Origin: Candidatus Poribacteria bacterium
GTDB taxonomy: Bacteria; Poribacteria; WGA-4E; WGA-3G
Reading direction: 5' to 3'
DNA: 64,000 nucleotides
Assembly: GCA_965198235.1 (NCBI GenBank)
Contig: OZ240248.1
Location: 4,864,001 to 4,928,000, forward strand
The notes beneath the pieces are model-generated. The model saw only the letters and a program-made list of their open reading frames with translations. It was not told the origin of the DNA and did not search any database. Within the stretch, counting starts at the first letter, position 1. Every line of letters begins with the position of its first letter. Below, piece by piece: positions 10,197 through 20,274 of this stretch. Both the position numbers and the translations under genes were made by a program.

Positions 10197-10225
10197 ATTA
10201 TACCTGATAGGTGTGCCTATGTCAA
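10197..10225 (-). promoter_or_regulatory. Sigma70 promoter for the transglutaminase-BatA-BamA-transporter run
   Basis: TTGACA-N17-TATAAT on the minus strand. Confidence 0.8.
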
Positions 10226-10258
10226 GTCCACTGCGAAAGCAGCCAGAGTCATTTTCCC

Positions 10259-10283
10259 GTAGAAGGGATATCCGAATCCCGAC
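10259..10283 (+). repeat. GTAG-type REP-like element (empty allele of the host at 59118-59183)
   Basis: GTAGAAGGGATATCCGAATCCCGAC. Confidence 0.7.
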
Positions 10284-10401
10284 AATATCGACTATCGACT
10301 GACTGTCAGCTGCCATTGCAGGAATGATCCCTGCTCGTGACTTAATAAAAGTGGCAAAAAACTGGAAGGAGTTGGAAGGCGAGTATAGCCTTTCGATGAC
10401 C

Positions 10402-10977
10402 TCATACGCGAGTTGCCATAGCGACCGTGTGGGTGTGGCGCTGTTTGACCTTCTGATAGTTTCCAAATATGTTCAGAAAGTTACGCTTGATGAACTCGCG
10501 GAGTCCTGAAATGGTAACAACATAAAGTCGTCCATTCGGTTTGAGGTGCTGCTTCGCATCAGCCAGAAAAATCTGTAGGAGTTCCTTACCGACGTTGGCG
10601 GGTAGGTTAGAGGCAATTAGGTCGAATCGAATATCGGGGAGATGGCTAAAACCGTTGCTCAGAAGGACGTGACAATTCTGGAGTTGATTCTGTTTCACGT
10701 TTTTACGAGCGTAGTCAACTGCTACGAAATCCTTGTCCACCATATAGATAGTTGTCGTTTGTGCGCATTTAGCGAGAGTGATACCGATGGCACCGTATCC
10801 ACATCCGAGGTCGAGACAGATATCGCCCTCCTGGATGTCCAGATGCTCAATCAACAAGAGTGTTCCTGCGTCAATCGCTTTTGGCGAGAAAAGTCCCCAC
10901 GTTGCAGAAAATGCCAAGGACGTACCGCGCAATTCCGTCCGGAAGTTGACTTCTCGTGGAAAGGAATCTACTGCCAT
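10402..10977 (-). CDS. Class I SAM-dependent methyltransferase, RsmC-like small domain
   Basis: GLFSPKAIDAGTLLL, LDLGCGYG, FDLIASNLP. Confidence 0.85.
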   Translation of the reverse strand: MAVDSFPREVNFRTELRGTSLAFSATWGLFSPKAIDAGTLLLIEHLDIQEGDICLDLGCGYGAIGITLAKCAQTTTIYMVDKDFVAVDYARKNVKQNQLQNCHVLLSNGFSHLPDIRFDLIASNLPANVGKELLQIFLADAKQHLKPNGRLYVVTISGLREFIKRNFLNIFGNYQKVKQRHTHTVAMATRV

Positions 10978-11930
10978 TTTATCAGGACTCCGAGTGCATC
11001 ACCGGGAGTATTCCAGAGAAGGTCGAAAGCATCTTTCGCTTCCGTATAGTGGAAGCGATGGGTGATCATCTCAGATGCGCGGATTTCCTTATTCTGTATC
11101 TTTTGCAAAGCACGCGCTGCAATCTGAGAACGGGGTTCGTCCGTTAAGATACCTGCAACGAGACGTTTGCTCATCATCTTTGAGGAATATAAAGGTAAGG
11201 GTCCCTGCTGGTAGAGAGCGATGAGTTGGATAATACCGAACCGACGTGTCATATCTTGTGCCTGCTCAAACGATTTGACCCCGGCGTACCCGCCGACACA
11301 ATCTATCACTAGATCAGCCCCTTTGCCGTCGGTGAGGCCCAAGACTGCTTCCACTGGATCTACTTCCTCAGCATTTATTACCGCATCGGCACCGAGTTTC
11401 GTCGACAATTCGCATCGAAGCGGCAACGCGTCCACGGTTAGAATCCGTTCGGGATTGTAGCCCTGTAGCACTTGCATCATCAGGCTTCCTACCAAGCCTT
11501 GTCCCAAGATGACGATGGTATCTCCAGCTTTCACACCAGACGAGTCTGACCAAGCGACTGCACTGGTTGCAAGCGGGAGGAATGTTCCCTCTTCAAAACC
11601 GACCCCGTCAAGGAGCGGAACGATACGTCCTTCGGTCGTGTTGGGTTCAGCAACGACATATTCGGCGTGTGGTGCTACAACCATGACGCGTTCACCGATC
11701 TGATAATCTTCTATCTCTGCGCCAACTGCATCCACGGTGCCTGTGAGGGAGTATCCCATAATTGAGGGCGAAACTGCCTCTTCTCGGATATAGCGTCGAA
11801 ACAGTTCGGAGCCTCGGCTGATTAACGTCGTGTCTGTCTGTACTCGAACCTGTTGCGCATTGATTTCCGGCATCGGCACCTCTTCTAATTGGATGTTGCC
11901 GAAGCCTTCTGGTTTGGTTACTCGGATCAT
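10968..11930 (-). CDS. MDR (zinc-binding alcohol dehydrogenase-like) oxidoreductase
   Basis: ISRGSE, GYSLTG, GQGLVG, GADLVIDCVG, ITHRF. Confidence 0.85.
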   Translation of the reverse strand: MIRVTKPEGFGNIQLEEVPMPEINAQQVRVQTDTTLISRGSELFRRYIREEAVSPSIMGYSLTGTVDAVGAEIEDYQIGERVMVVAPHAEYVVAEPNTTEGRIVPLLDGVGFEEGTFLPLATSAVAWSDSSGVKAGDTIVILGQGLVGSLMMQVLQGYNPERILTVDALPLRCELSTKLGADAVINAEEVDPVEAVLGLTDGKGADLVIDCVGGYAGVKSFEQAQDMTRRFGIIQLIALYQQGPLPLYSSKMMSKRLVAGILTDEPRSQIAARALQKIQNKEIRASEMITHRFHYTEAKDAFDLLWNTPGDALGVLIKWQ

Positions 11931-12039
11931 GTTTTTCTAACCTCCTTTCTTAATGGCTATCAGCCATCTGCCATCGGAAACCATCAGGCACTTGTGGCGG
12001 TTGCAAACTGCTTCGCAGTGAGAACACCTGCCACACGCC

Positions 12040-13419
12040 CTACTGATTGCTGACGGCTGACTGCCGACGGCTATTCCGCAAACGTCTGGCTAAATCCTCA
12101 CGCGTGACAGGCTTGTCGAAAGACATCAGATAGATGTGAAAAGTATCACTCCTGTCTGAAACATACGCGAGGGACCGTCCATCAGGTGAAAAGGCGGGTT
12201 GGATAGACCTGCCGATGTCGCTGGTTATCCGCCGTTCATTTTTACCATCGACATCAATGAGATAAATCTCCCAGTCGCCTTCTCTCGCGGAGACATACGC
12301 AATCATTTTTCCGTCAGGCGACACCGTGGGGTTGTAACAACCATAGCGATTTGGATTGAAATGTTTCTCGTTTTTCCCGTCAATGTCTATGGTATAAAGT
12401 TGGTTTGTCTCGTTTCGAGAGGAGACAAACACAATGCGCTTTCCGTCCGGAAAGAATGCAGGACTTCCGTCATCGGTTTCGTTAAAGGTGATACGTTTCG
12501 GCTCAACGTCTTCCGGTGTGAGTTGTGCCAGATCAAGTCCTGCCAAATCAAGGAGATATAATTCCAGATTTCCATCTACGTTGGATTCATAAACAACCTG
12601 ATTTCCAGCAGGCGATGTACGAGGCACGCGGGCTCCGAAACTCACAGGCAAAACGCATCGCGTTATTTTGCTATGAATATGTGTCACATAGAATCCAGCG
12701 TAAATTGGAGTGGAGCCGCTGCTTTGGATGACAACTTTAACTTCGCGAGATGACTTCGGTTCGCTGCTATAAAATAGATAGTTTAGGGTCGTGAGGAATG
12801 CTGGTGAACTATCGTTGAAATCTGTTGTGAAGGTTACACGGCGTTGGATACGCCCATTTAAGTCCATTAAATAGATTTCGCCGTTGTCAAGTCGAAACGA
12901 TGCGAAGGCAATTTGTGTGCCGTCCGGTGAGAAGGTGGGTGAATAGTTATCTGAATCGCCACGGGTCAACTTCTTTGTATGATAACTGTCTCCCACAAGT
13001 TCGATGATTTTGCGCAGGATCTCGGGATCCAGAGTACTGCGCTGAACGAGTCGGAGCACGCGAAAGGCGGAGCTTCTATCACCGAATCTTAGATAGGTAC
13101 GTGCCAATTCAATCCGTGCTGCAATCCGTTCTTCCGGTTGTGCGGCATAAAGCTGCGAAGCCTTTTGTAACTCCATAACGGCATCATTATAACGCCCCAA
13201 GTCATTGTAGGCTTTCCCTAATAACATCCGTGCCTTCGGATCCTCAGGTGCCGTTTCGATGAAAGCCTCGAGTTCTTCCACTACTGCTTGTGGCGTTCCA
13301 GCGTCCAAGAGTTCTTTACTCTTTTTGAGAACTGCCGTATCATCTTGGCACCCGGTCACTAAGACAACGAGAAGGATGCTACATTGAACTATTATTTTAA
13401 ACGATTTGCCTCTGTGCAT
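12040..13419 (-). CDS. Lipoprotein with TPR and TolB-like (PD40) beta-propeller
   Basis: Lipobox VTGC; TPR (ARMLLGKAY); repeated P.FSPDG..IAF.S motifs. Confidence 0.85.
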   Translation of the reverse strand: MHRGKSFKIIVQCSILLVVLVTGCQDDTAVLKKSKELLDAGTPQAVVEELEAFIETAPEDPKARMLLGKAYNDLGRYNDAVMELQKASQLYAAQPEERIAARIELARTYLRFGDRSSAFRVLRLVQRSTLDPEILRKIIELVGDSYHTKKLTRGDSDNYSPTFSPDGTQIAFASFRLDNGEIYLMDLNGRIQRRVTFTTDFNDSSPAFLTTLNYLFYSSEPKSSREVKVVIQSSGSTPIYAGFYVTHIHSKITRCVLPVSFGARVPRTSPAGNQVVYESNVDGNLELYLLDLAGLDLAQLTPEDVEPKRITFNETDDGSPAFFPDGKRIVFVSSRNETNQLYTIDIDGKNEKHFNPNRYGCYNPTVSPDGKMIAYVSAREGDWEIYLIDVDGKNERRITSDIGRSIQPAFSPDGRSLAYVSDRSDTFHIYLMSFDKPVTREDLARRLRNSRRQSAVSNQ

Positions 13420-13504
13420 TGTTCCCCTATAAACATGCCACCCCTGCGGGGTTCAGTTTCCAAAAGGTCTGTTCGGTAATTGGAGAAAAACGTTGAACAC
13501 CTGG

Positions 13505-13670
13505 ATCGGGTTGAAATTCACCGAAAACCACTGCGAAACGTAGTGGAGCAGTTTAACCATCAACTCGACTCCGTTATAAATGTTAAAGCACGAGTGTTTT
13601 TGCTTGGGGTTTTTGCTTGGGTGTTTCTGCGGATTTCTTCGATGGTTAACAGATTCCCATAGTTAGAAAA
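13505..13670. repeat. Nested palindromic elements with cargo insertion
   Basis: ACTGC-GAAACGTAGTGGA-GCAGT hairpin followed by a TTTAACCATCAACTCG IR whose right arm is split by TGTTTTTGCTTGGG...GATTTC. Confidence 0.8.
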
Positions 13671-13681
13671 CAGAAAATTAA

Positions 13682-14140
13682 TTATTGGCATCTTCTGGTT
13701 CTACGTCTGCCTCTCCACCCATCGCCAACTGCGTAGACCCAACATAAAATACCTTGAACGGACGCACTGATTTTCAGTTTCCAAGAGGGGCGGTACATCA
13801 GTTTTTCCCCATCGTCGAACGTCCAGATGTGAATTGAATAAGGCTCCTGTGCTTCGGAGTCCTCTACCCTATCTGTTGATGTGTGCTTCTTCACCGCAGG
13901 TTTGAACCGCGTTAAATCACGCCACTCAGTTACCGGCAGTGAATTGAGGTAAAAAATACCAATTGCAGAAGCAAAAATGGCAAAAAGGACAATCGCTTTT
14001 GGAAACTGCCCTAAGTACAATTGACCGAGTCCTGGAAGAATTGCAGACAGGACCATCGCAACGAAAGAACAGGCAGCAGGCTTACCTTCCGCACCTCCAA
14101 AATTGCTGGAGGCGACGCGCGTGTTTGCGGGTTCCACCAT
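13682..14140 (-). CDS. Hypothetical membrane protein
   Basis: LSAILPGLGQLYLGQ motif; 2-3 TM segments. Confidence 0.7.
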   Translation of the reverse strand: MVEPANTRVASSNFGGAEGKPAACSFVAMVLSAILPGLGQLYLGQFPKAIVLFAIFASAIGIFYLNSLPVTEWRDLTRFKPAVKKHTSTDRVEDSEAQEPYSIHIWTFDDGEKLMYRPSWKLKISASVQGILCWVYAVGDGWRGRRRTRRCQ

Positions 14141-14143
14141 TGA

Positions 14144-14512
14144 TTAAGACTCTCCTTGTGCCACAAGATAGACTCCGATACAGATGATCAGAGCACCTAT
14201 CATACGAATCTTAGGTACAGATTCCTTGAACAACATCCAAGAAAACAGGATTGACAGTACATACCCAGAACTTAACATCGGATACGCAATGCTCAGTTTA
14301 ACACGCGACAGGATAATCAGCCAGACGAGCGTTGTGAAGCCGTATATCGCAATCCCACTGAGGATATAAGGGTTCAGGAACGCCTGTACCAATTTGCCCA
14401 TAGCGTCTCGGAGGCTATTGATACGACCGATCGTGTTCATGCCGTGTTTAAACAAAATCTGTCCTATTACCGTTAGTAAAACGTTGAAGAATAACAGTAA
14501 AAAATCTTTCAT
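14144..14512 (-). CDS. Small DMT/EamA-SMR transporter (ArnE/ArnF-like)
   Basis: 4 TM; GQILFKHG, LSIAYP, FKE. Confidence 0.85.
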   Translation of the reverse strand: MKDFLLLFFNVLLTVIGQILFKHGMNTIGRINSLRDAMGKLVQAFLNPYILSGIAIYGFTTLVWLIILSRVKLSIAYPMLSSGYVLSILFSWMLFKESVPKIRMIGALIICIGVYLVAQGES

Positions 14513-14588
14513 GACTTTATTATATCACACTTATACTCTTTTTATTGCAATTTTTATTTAAGGGGTTCATTTCAGAGGCATTCAGTTT

Positions 14589-16823
14589 TCATAGGTTATA
14601 GAGATACGTTACTTTAATGACAATGACACGGTTTTCCAGCTGTAACTCGCGACGGGAGGCTGACCGAATAGGCGCATCGCCCCAAGCCTCGTTATATGCC
14701 ACGAAAAGGTGACTCTTCGGGCTATATTCCCATCCAAATAGAAGACTTAGCAGATATGTCTGATGAATTTCCATAGAAAGTGGGCGTTCCCTACTCGTTT
14801 GTGCGAACATTCGGAGAAACGACTCTCGCGTGAACAAGTAGGTCGCACGCAATGAGCTGACGAAAAACCTACCATCAATTGCCCCTTCCAAATCAAAACT
14901 CTGCGCGTAGCCGCTGTCTAATTCTATGGAGAAATTGCTCTGTGGACGGATAGTGGACTCAAGCGTAAGACTCCGCTGTTTGCCCGCTTGTTGTCGTCCA
15001 AAGTTAAAATAGTCAGCGAAATCCACGCCGATACCGACAGCAATCGGGTTTGTAGCGTCAGTATCAATCGAAAACCCGTATCTGTCAGCCGTGAAGACTT
15101 CTGTGAGCTCAACTTCCCGACTTCGGTCATAGTAGGCAGTAATGTCGTCCAAGAGAATTTCTCTGAAATCCATCCCGACATTTCCGCCAACGCTCCATCT
15201 GAAAAGGTCTTCATCGAAATCAGGCGAGAGAGACAACTTTGGGTTACGTTCTCGCCACGCCGCAAAATACACTGGTGTATAAAGGCTTTGGGAGAGACGA
15301 GCGGTTATACCAGAAAAAAACTGGTGCTTCCCCCAGTGTGGAGAATAGGAACTCCGCATAGAGACACGTTGCCAGCCACGGTTTCGTTCTTTTCGTAGAA
15401 ACCCCGTCTGATTAATTTCAAAGTGGGGCGCGACCCGTTCAAATCCAATGTCGCTGCTCCAGAGATAGTTGCGCTGCGCGAAGTCAATCGTATACGCAAA
15501 GTTATCACTATCTTCGCCTGGATAGAAACTACCAGCGTATTGTCCGGTGAGATGATAAGTTTTTCCCAAGGCAAGGTTCATATCAACGCCACCCACTCGG
15601 CTATGACTCCATTTTTCACTACCGGGCTGTTCCTTGTTCACGAGTAGAATCCCAATGTTTGAACGTTTGAGGATGTCGCGTTTAACACGGATTGCAGAAA
15701 ACCATGCTTCCTCCTTTTCGGATGGTGTACTATCAGAAAATCTAAATTCACCGGTTTGATTTCCCAAAACCCCGATAGAGTAATCACCGACTTTTCCTGT
15801 GAGTTTACCACCCCAGAGGATATTGCCGCGACTCCCGATACGGCGGCTGAACATCAGGTCATAAGGCGTTTCAAAAAAACTGTTTCCTTCAACAAAAAAC
15901 GGACGTTTTTCAGGAAAACGCGTCGGGAATCGGGTCAGATTAATTTCTAATTGGTCTGCTTCAACTTGCGCGAAATCGGGATTAACGGTAACGTTCGCCT
16001 TCAAGGCACTCGTGAGGCTGTATTGCACATCCAAACCTGTTCCGAATTGGCGTGTTAAATTGGTATCGGCGGCACCCATACCCCCACCTAAAAGATAAGG
16101 TAAGATTTCAAAGTTTTTTCCGGTCCCGATGCCTTGAATGCCTACGATGTGCCCTAAATCAGACATCCGCGTGACGACCCCGGCTTGTGTCAACTGTTTC
16201 CATACCGTAACCTCGCTTTTCCGGCGGTTTACCCGCTCCACATCAAACCCCCAGATTTGCGTCGGTTTATCAGTAAACCGAAAGTTTGCGAACGGGATTT
16301 TAAACTCGGCGCACCACCCCAATTCATCAATACTGCTTTCAACCCACCAAATCCCTTTCCAGTTGCTATCGCGTTGGGTGTCCTCATACCGATAATTATC
16401 GCTCTGAACACCGGCTGGGTTTGTAGCGAATTTATAGCCTGTACGATGATCGTGATGTGGGTCAATGAAGAAAGAGATGACTTCCGAGGCATAGAGGTCG
16501 CCGCGTCGCGTCATCCGATTGACAATCTTATTGGGTTCAGCGTCGTAACATCGGAATGCGACGTAGAGATTATGCACATCGTAAGCGATACGGAATTCTG
16601 TGTCATCAGTTGCCGGATGACCGCGTGCCGGTTCGAGTTGAATAAAACCGCTGCGGGGTTCTGCCTGCTGCCATACAGTATCGTCCAGTATCCCGTCAAT
16701 TTGCGGTGGTTCGGCTACGATTCGGTGAGCTTCAACGACATGTTCACCCATGCCTTCTGGGTGCGCAAAAAGGAGTCGTGGATAGGCAATAAATAACAGT
16801 AGAGCAACTACGAGTTTTGGCAT
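14589..16823 (-). CDS. CBM9-like plus DUF5916 outer-membrane protein
   Basis: PQIDGILDD..W, NPDFAQVEAD, PEKRPFF.EG, FSRRIG; aromatic C-terminal strand. Confidence 0.85.
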   Translation of the reverse strand: MPKLVVALLLFIAYPRLLFAHPEGMGEHVVEAHRIVAEPPQIDGILDDTVWQQAEPRSGFIQLEPARGHPATDDTEFRIAYDVHNLYVAFRCYDAEPNKIVNRMTRRGDLYASEVISFFIDPHHDHRTGYKFATNPAGVQSDNYRYEDTQRDSNWKGIWWVESSIDELGWCAEFKIPFANFRFTDKPTQIWGFDVERVNRRKSEVTVWKQLTQAGVVTRMSDLGHIVGIQGIGTGKNFEILPYLLGGGMGAADTNLTRQFGTGLDVQYSLTSALKANVTVNPDFAQVEADQLEINLTRFPTRFPEKRPFFVEGNSFFETPYDLMFSRRIGSRGNILWGGKLTGKVGDYSIGVLGNQTGEFRFSDSTPSEKEEAWFSAIRVKRDILKRSNIGILLVNKEQPGSEKWSHSRVGGVDMNLALGKTYHLTGQYAGSFYPGEDSDNFAYTIDFAQRNYLWSSDIGFERVAPHFEINQTGFLRKERNRGWQRVSMRSSYSPHWGKHQFFSGITARLSQSLYTPVYFAAWRERNPKLSLSPDFDEDLFRWSVGGNVGMDFREILLDDITAYYDRSREVELTEVFTADRYGFSIDTDATNPIAVGIGVDFADYFNFGRQQAGKQRSLTLESTIRPQSNFSIELDSGYAQSFDLEGAIDGRFFVSSLRATYLFTRESFLRMFAQTSRERPLSMEIHQTYLLSLLFGWEYSPKSHLFVAYNEAWGDAPIRSASRRELQLENRVIVIKVTYLYNL

Positions 16824-16829
16824 GCGTTA

Positions 16830-16858
16830 ATTATAGTTGAAATACCGCATGTTGTCAA
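16830..16858 (-). promoter_or_regulatory. Sigma70 promoter, probably leaderless transcript
   Basis: TTGACA-N17-TATAAT-N6-ATG. Confidence 0.75.
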
Positions 16859-17084
16859 GTTTTGCCATTCTCAGTGAGGCTTCCAATGTTATCTTCTCCA
16901 ATCCAACGATAGTGCCGGATGAGACCAATTTGTTGCTTTTTCTTGAAAAAATCGTTAAATTCCTTTAAAATTCTTACAACTTGGTTAGAGCGACAGACTT
17001 AGTTCATTTTAGACATACGTGTATATTGTTAGAATTTCCATCGGCACGTTCTGGTGCGACTTCAACGAAGAAGGATATAGAATA

Positions 17085-17876
17085 ATGGTTGAACTTACAC
17101 GGGAAGACATTGAATTTTTCAGAAATGAGGGGTACTTGGTGAAACGGAACGTCCTGAACCCGGAATTAATGGAGCAGGCACGGGCGAGACTCTGGGATGG
17201 TGCGCCCGAAGGACGCAGACGTGATGATCCTGAAACATGGGTCGGTCCCTTCACACCAGAGGAAGAGAACCCTGACGGAAATAATCATCGACGCGGATTT
17301 CGTTGGAACTTCCGCGAACCCGGTGGCGAAGATTGGATGGTTCAGCTTCTCGCTACCGATCCAAACGTCTGGCGGATGGCAGAGCAATTTTTGGGTGCTG
17401 GGAATTTGGTGCAACCCGACCGCGTGCGCGGTATCTATTGCACCCTACCTTACGGCGATGTCCCGAAGAAATCGATTGGGTGTCATGTGGACGCGCATCC
17501 GTTCCATCTTGGTGCTGTCGGTTATATTGACGATGTGCCGCCGGAAGGTGGTGGGTTTACTGTCTGGCCACAGAGCCATAAAACTTTCTATTACGATTAC
17601 CATTCCCAATACAAAAACGAGCCGACACCGCAATACGACATCGACCGCGAACGTATCAGCAGAGAGCCGGGTGTTGATTGCTACGGTAACGCAGGGGATG
17701 TTGTCTTCTGGCACCATCGCATCGGTCATGCTGCAGGGCATAACTACTCGCAGCAGATCCGGCAAGCCGTGCTATACGATTTTCGGAAAACAGAATTAGA
17801 ACAAACTCAGGAGGAGCCACCAAGCGAGGATATGTGGAGGGATTGGCCCGGCATCAAGGCGTTAGAGTCGGATTAA
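17085..17876 (+). CDS. Phytanoyl-CoA dioxygenase (PhyH) family Fe(II)/2OG oxygenase
   Basis: FFRNEGYLV, HVD, GDVVFWH...H, R; ATG at 17085 follows AAGGA. Confidence 0.85.
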   Translation: MVELTREDIEFFRNEGYLVKRNVLNPELMEQARARLWDGAPEGRRRDDPETWVGPFTPEEENPDGNNHRRGFRWNFREPGGEDWMVQLLATDPNVWRMAEQFLGAGNLVQPDRVRGIYCTLPYGDVPKKSIGCHVDAHPFHLGAVGYIDDVPPEGGGFTVWPQSHKTFYYDYHSQYKNEPTPQYDIDRERISREPGVDCYGNAGDVVFWHHRIGHAAGHNYSQQIRQAVLYDFRKTELEQTQEEPPSEDMWRDWPGIKALESD

Positions 17877-17920
17877 TCTATTGTCTCGTAGGCGCGGTTT
17901 TCAGCCGCGCCAACTCAATT

Positions 17921-18742
17921 CTATCTCAAATCCAGTTCCTTCAAGGTGCTTGCCATCATGTCGTGAGCGATTTGTGCCTTCTCCATCCGCATGTGGGGGA
18001 ACGTTTCTACGGATATATACTTATCGTAACCGACTTTCCCTAAACTCTCTGCAAAGGTCCGAAAATCCAATTCATCTCCCTCCTCACCCGGAATCAGGAA
18101 GGTGCTGTAGGGATACATGCCTGTCACGCCTTTGACATGGCAATGTGTAGTGAGCGGTCCCAGTTTTTCGGTAACTTCGGCGATGTCTTCACCGAGATGA
18201 TAAAAATTGGTAATGTCATTAAGGGACCTTAGTGCGTCAGATCCGACGTGTTCAATCAGAAGCGGAACTTTTGAAGAGGCATCGATTGTCGTTGCTTCGT
18301 GATTATGAATGTTCATCGTGATGCCGAGTTCCTCGGCGCGTCGGCAGATTGGCTTCAGCACATCAACGAGGAGCCGCCATGCGAATGCGTCGCCTTTCTC
18401 GCCGCCATACCCGGTGAGAAAATTGACACCACCCGCCCCAAGCGCGACTGCTACGTCTTGAAGAAGCGCGTAATGGTCAACTGCACCTTGCTGGTCTTCT
18501 GCCGCCAACTGGTATAAGCCTTTTCCCGTAAACGGATTAATGACAGAGACCTTTAACCCACTGTCGGTTACCATCGTTTTGACCTCTTTGAGCAAGCCAT
18601 CGGTAACTTCGCCAGAGGGGATATGCGCTTCTGGTCCGCACATCATCTCGATTGCGTCGTAGCCTGCATCGGCGAGAATCGTGATAACTTCTTGTAGAGG
18701 GATGTCCTTCATCCCGCCAGCGTGATAAGAGATACCAATCAC
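17921..18742 (-). CDS. Sugar phosphate isomerase/epimerase (xylose isomerase-like TIM barrel)
   Basis: GYDAIE, HNHE, HCHVKG, GY...ISVE. Confidence 0.8.
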   Translation of the reverse strand: MIGISYHAGGMKDIPLQEVITILADAGYDAIEMMCGPEAHIPSGEVTDGLLKEVKTMVTDSGLKVSVINPFTGKGLYQLAAEDQQGAVDHYALLQDVAVALGAGGVNFLTGYGGEKGDAFAWRLLVDVLKPICRRAEELGITMNIHNHEATTIDASSKVPLLIEHVGSDALRSLNDITNFYHLGEDIAEVTEKLGPLTTHCHVKGVTGMYPYSTFLIPGEEGDELDFRTFAESLGKVGYDKYISVETFPHMRMEKAQIAHDMMASTLKELDLR

Positions 18743-18782
18743 TGTTAACTCCTTTCGACTTTCGTTCTTTGGTCGTTCATTT

Positions 18783-20066
18783 TTACCTTTTTGTTCTTCC
18801 TGTTATGTCCCATAGGCGCACAGTCCCATAACCGTTTACACTTGCGAGTGTAATGCTATTCGGAGCGAATGTCAAGGCATCAATACTCATATCACGCTCA
18901 GTAATTACAGAGACTAAGCGTCGGCTTGCCAGATCCCAAATGAGAATCTTACCCCACGAACTCCCACTCGCGAGCGTTTTTCCATCTGGTGAAAACGCCA
19001 ATGCTGTTACACTCCCTTCTGGTGCCGGCATAGCTGCTATTTGTCTGCTGGTGTCAACATCCCATAACCGAATCTCTCCAAAGGGGACAGCCCACAACCT
19101 AACTTCAGAGTTATAGCCACCACTCGCCAGGGTGTTACCATCTGGAGAGAACGCCAATGACTTTACTTCGTGCGTAGGCGACGTGAGGAATGAGAGGGAA
19201 CGGGTACCCTGCCTACTTAGCACGATCGGCGGTCTAAAGTAGATATAGCGATACTCTCCCCAACGCCAGTGGGTGTTGATTTTGTCCCCTGGTGCGGTTT
19301 CAAAATGAAACGCCGCAAATTGCATGCGTTTCAAAGCCTTTGTGCCAACCACTTGTTGATGTAAAAGCCGATCTTGAACGAGGTCTAATGTCCAAACTGA
19401 ACCGCTATGTCCTACAGTAATAACGTTGGCACTATCCTGCGTAAATGCAGTCGTTGTATCATCCGATGTGTTGGCTTGAGGTGTTAAAGCATCCTTGCTT
19501 TTACTTGATATATTAGGGATCTTTTTTCCAAGAAATGGGTGCTGGGCAGGGTGTGGAGGCCTTCGACCCGGTGAGGTAAGATCCCACACGGCAAATTGGT
19601 AGTTGCCGCGCGAGGAGTCACGCTCAATCACACCGGCGACAGTTTTTCCATCTGGATAGAACGCTAACGCCCTGACCTGATTCATATCCGTCTCAAGGGT
19701 TAACAGATGCTCTCCGGTTTCTACATCCCACACACGAGCTTCCAAACGCCAGTCTGTCGCTACCGTTTTTCCATTGTGAGAGAAAGCCAAGACAGGCCCA
19801 TACCCACCATAAGATGAGTGGCTGTATCCTTTGAGGGTGGATATATGTGTGTACTCTTGCGCATACTTCTTTGGCAGATATGGGGGTGCCATCTCTAAGA
19901 GATTCGGTAGAATGACCTTTATCCCAAAGACGGTAAGGAACCAATCAAACACCGCGGTCAACACAACTAACGCAACAATCCATTTCTTTCTTTTCAAGGT
20001 TTGCCCGGGCAGCCTGTCGCGCTTGCACCACCTGATGCGTTCTCGGAAGGATCGTCTCAGTTTCAT
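18783..20066 (-). CDS. WD40-repeat protein with N-terminal TM anchor
   Basis: LAFSPDG.TLASG...WD repeats; TM at about aa 29-50. Confidence 0.85.
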   Translation of the reverse strand: MKLRRSFRERIRWCKRDRLPGQTLKRKKWIVALVVLTAVFDWFLTVFGIKVILPNLLEMAPPYLPKKYAQEYTHISTLKGYSHSSYGGYGPVLAFSHNGKTVATDWRLEARVWDVETGEHLLTLETDMNQVRALAFYPDGKTVAGVIERDSSRGNYQFAVWDLTSPGRRPPHPAQHPFLGKKIPNISSKSKDALTPQANTSDDTTTAFTQDSANVITVGHSGSVWTLDLVQDRLLHQQVVGTKALKRMQFAAFHFETAPGDKINTHWRWGEYRYIYFRPPIVLSRQGTRSLSFLTSPTHEVKSLAFSPDGNTLASGGYNSEVRLWAVPFGEIRLWDVDTSRQIAAMPAPEGSVTALAFSPDGKTLASGSSWGKILIWDLASRRLVSVITERDMSIDALTFAPNSITLASVNGYGTVRLWDITGRTKR

Positions 20067-20110
20067 CGCTTCCTCCTTTTAAGGGGTCGCGTACACTCTG
20101 CTGTTTACTC

Positions 20111-20140
20111 TTATAGAGACTCCCCCCTTTAAAAAGATAG
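20111..20140 (-). promoter_or_regulatory. Candidate ECF-type promoter, copy 3
   Basis: CTATCTTTTT-N12-CTCTATAA about 45 nt upstream of the ATG at 20066. Confidence 0.4.
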
Positions 20141-20274
20141 GAAAAAGCAACTTTTGCGGCAGAAAAAATAAAAAGCCGAATCCCTTTGCAGGTTCAGCAA
20201 TTATATTGCACCTCCTACTTTCAAAAGAATTTGAACGTTAGATTCATTCAGATTCGATTTGTCTTCCGGTGAAT

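Noticed and set aside
10194-10466. 90-aa ORF
   Set aside because: Runs through a REP, a heptamer tract and a consensus promoter; likely non-coding.
13480-13662. 60-aa ORF (also 47870-48133 and 3773-4000)
   Set aside because: Made entirely of repeat elements.
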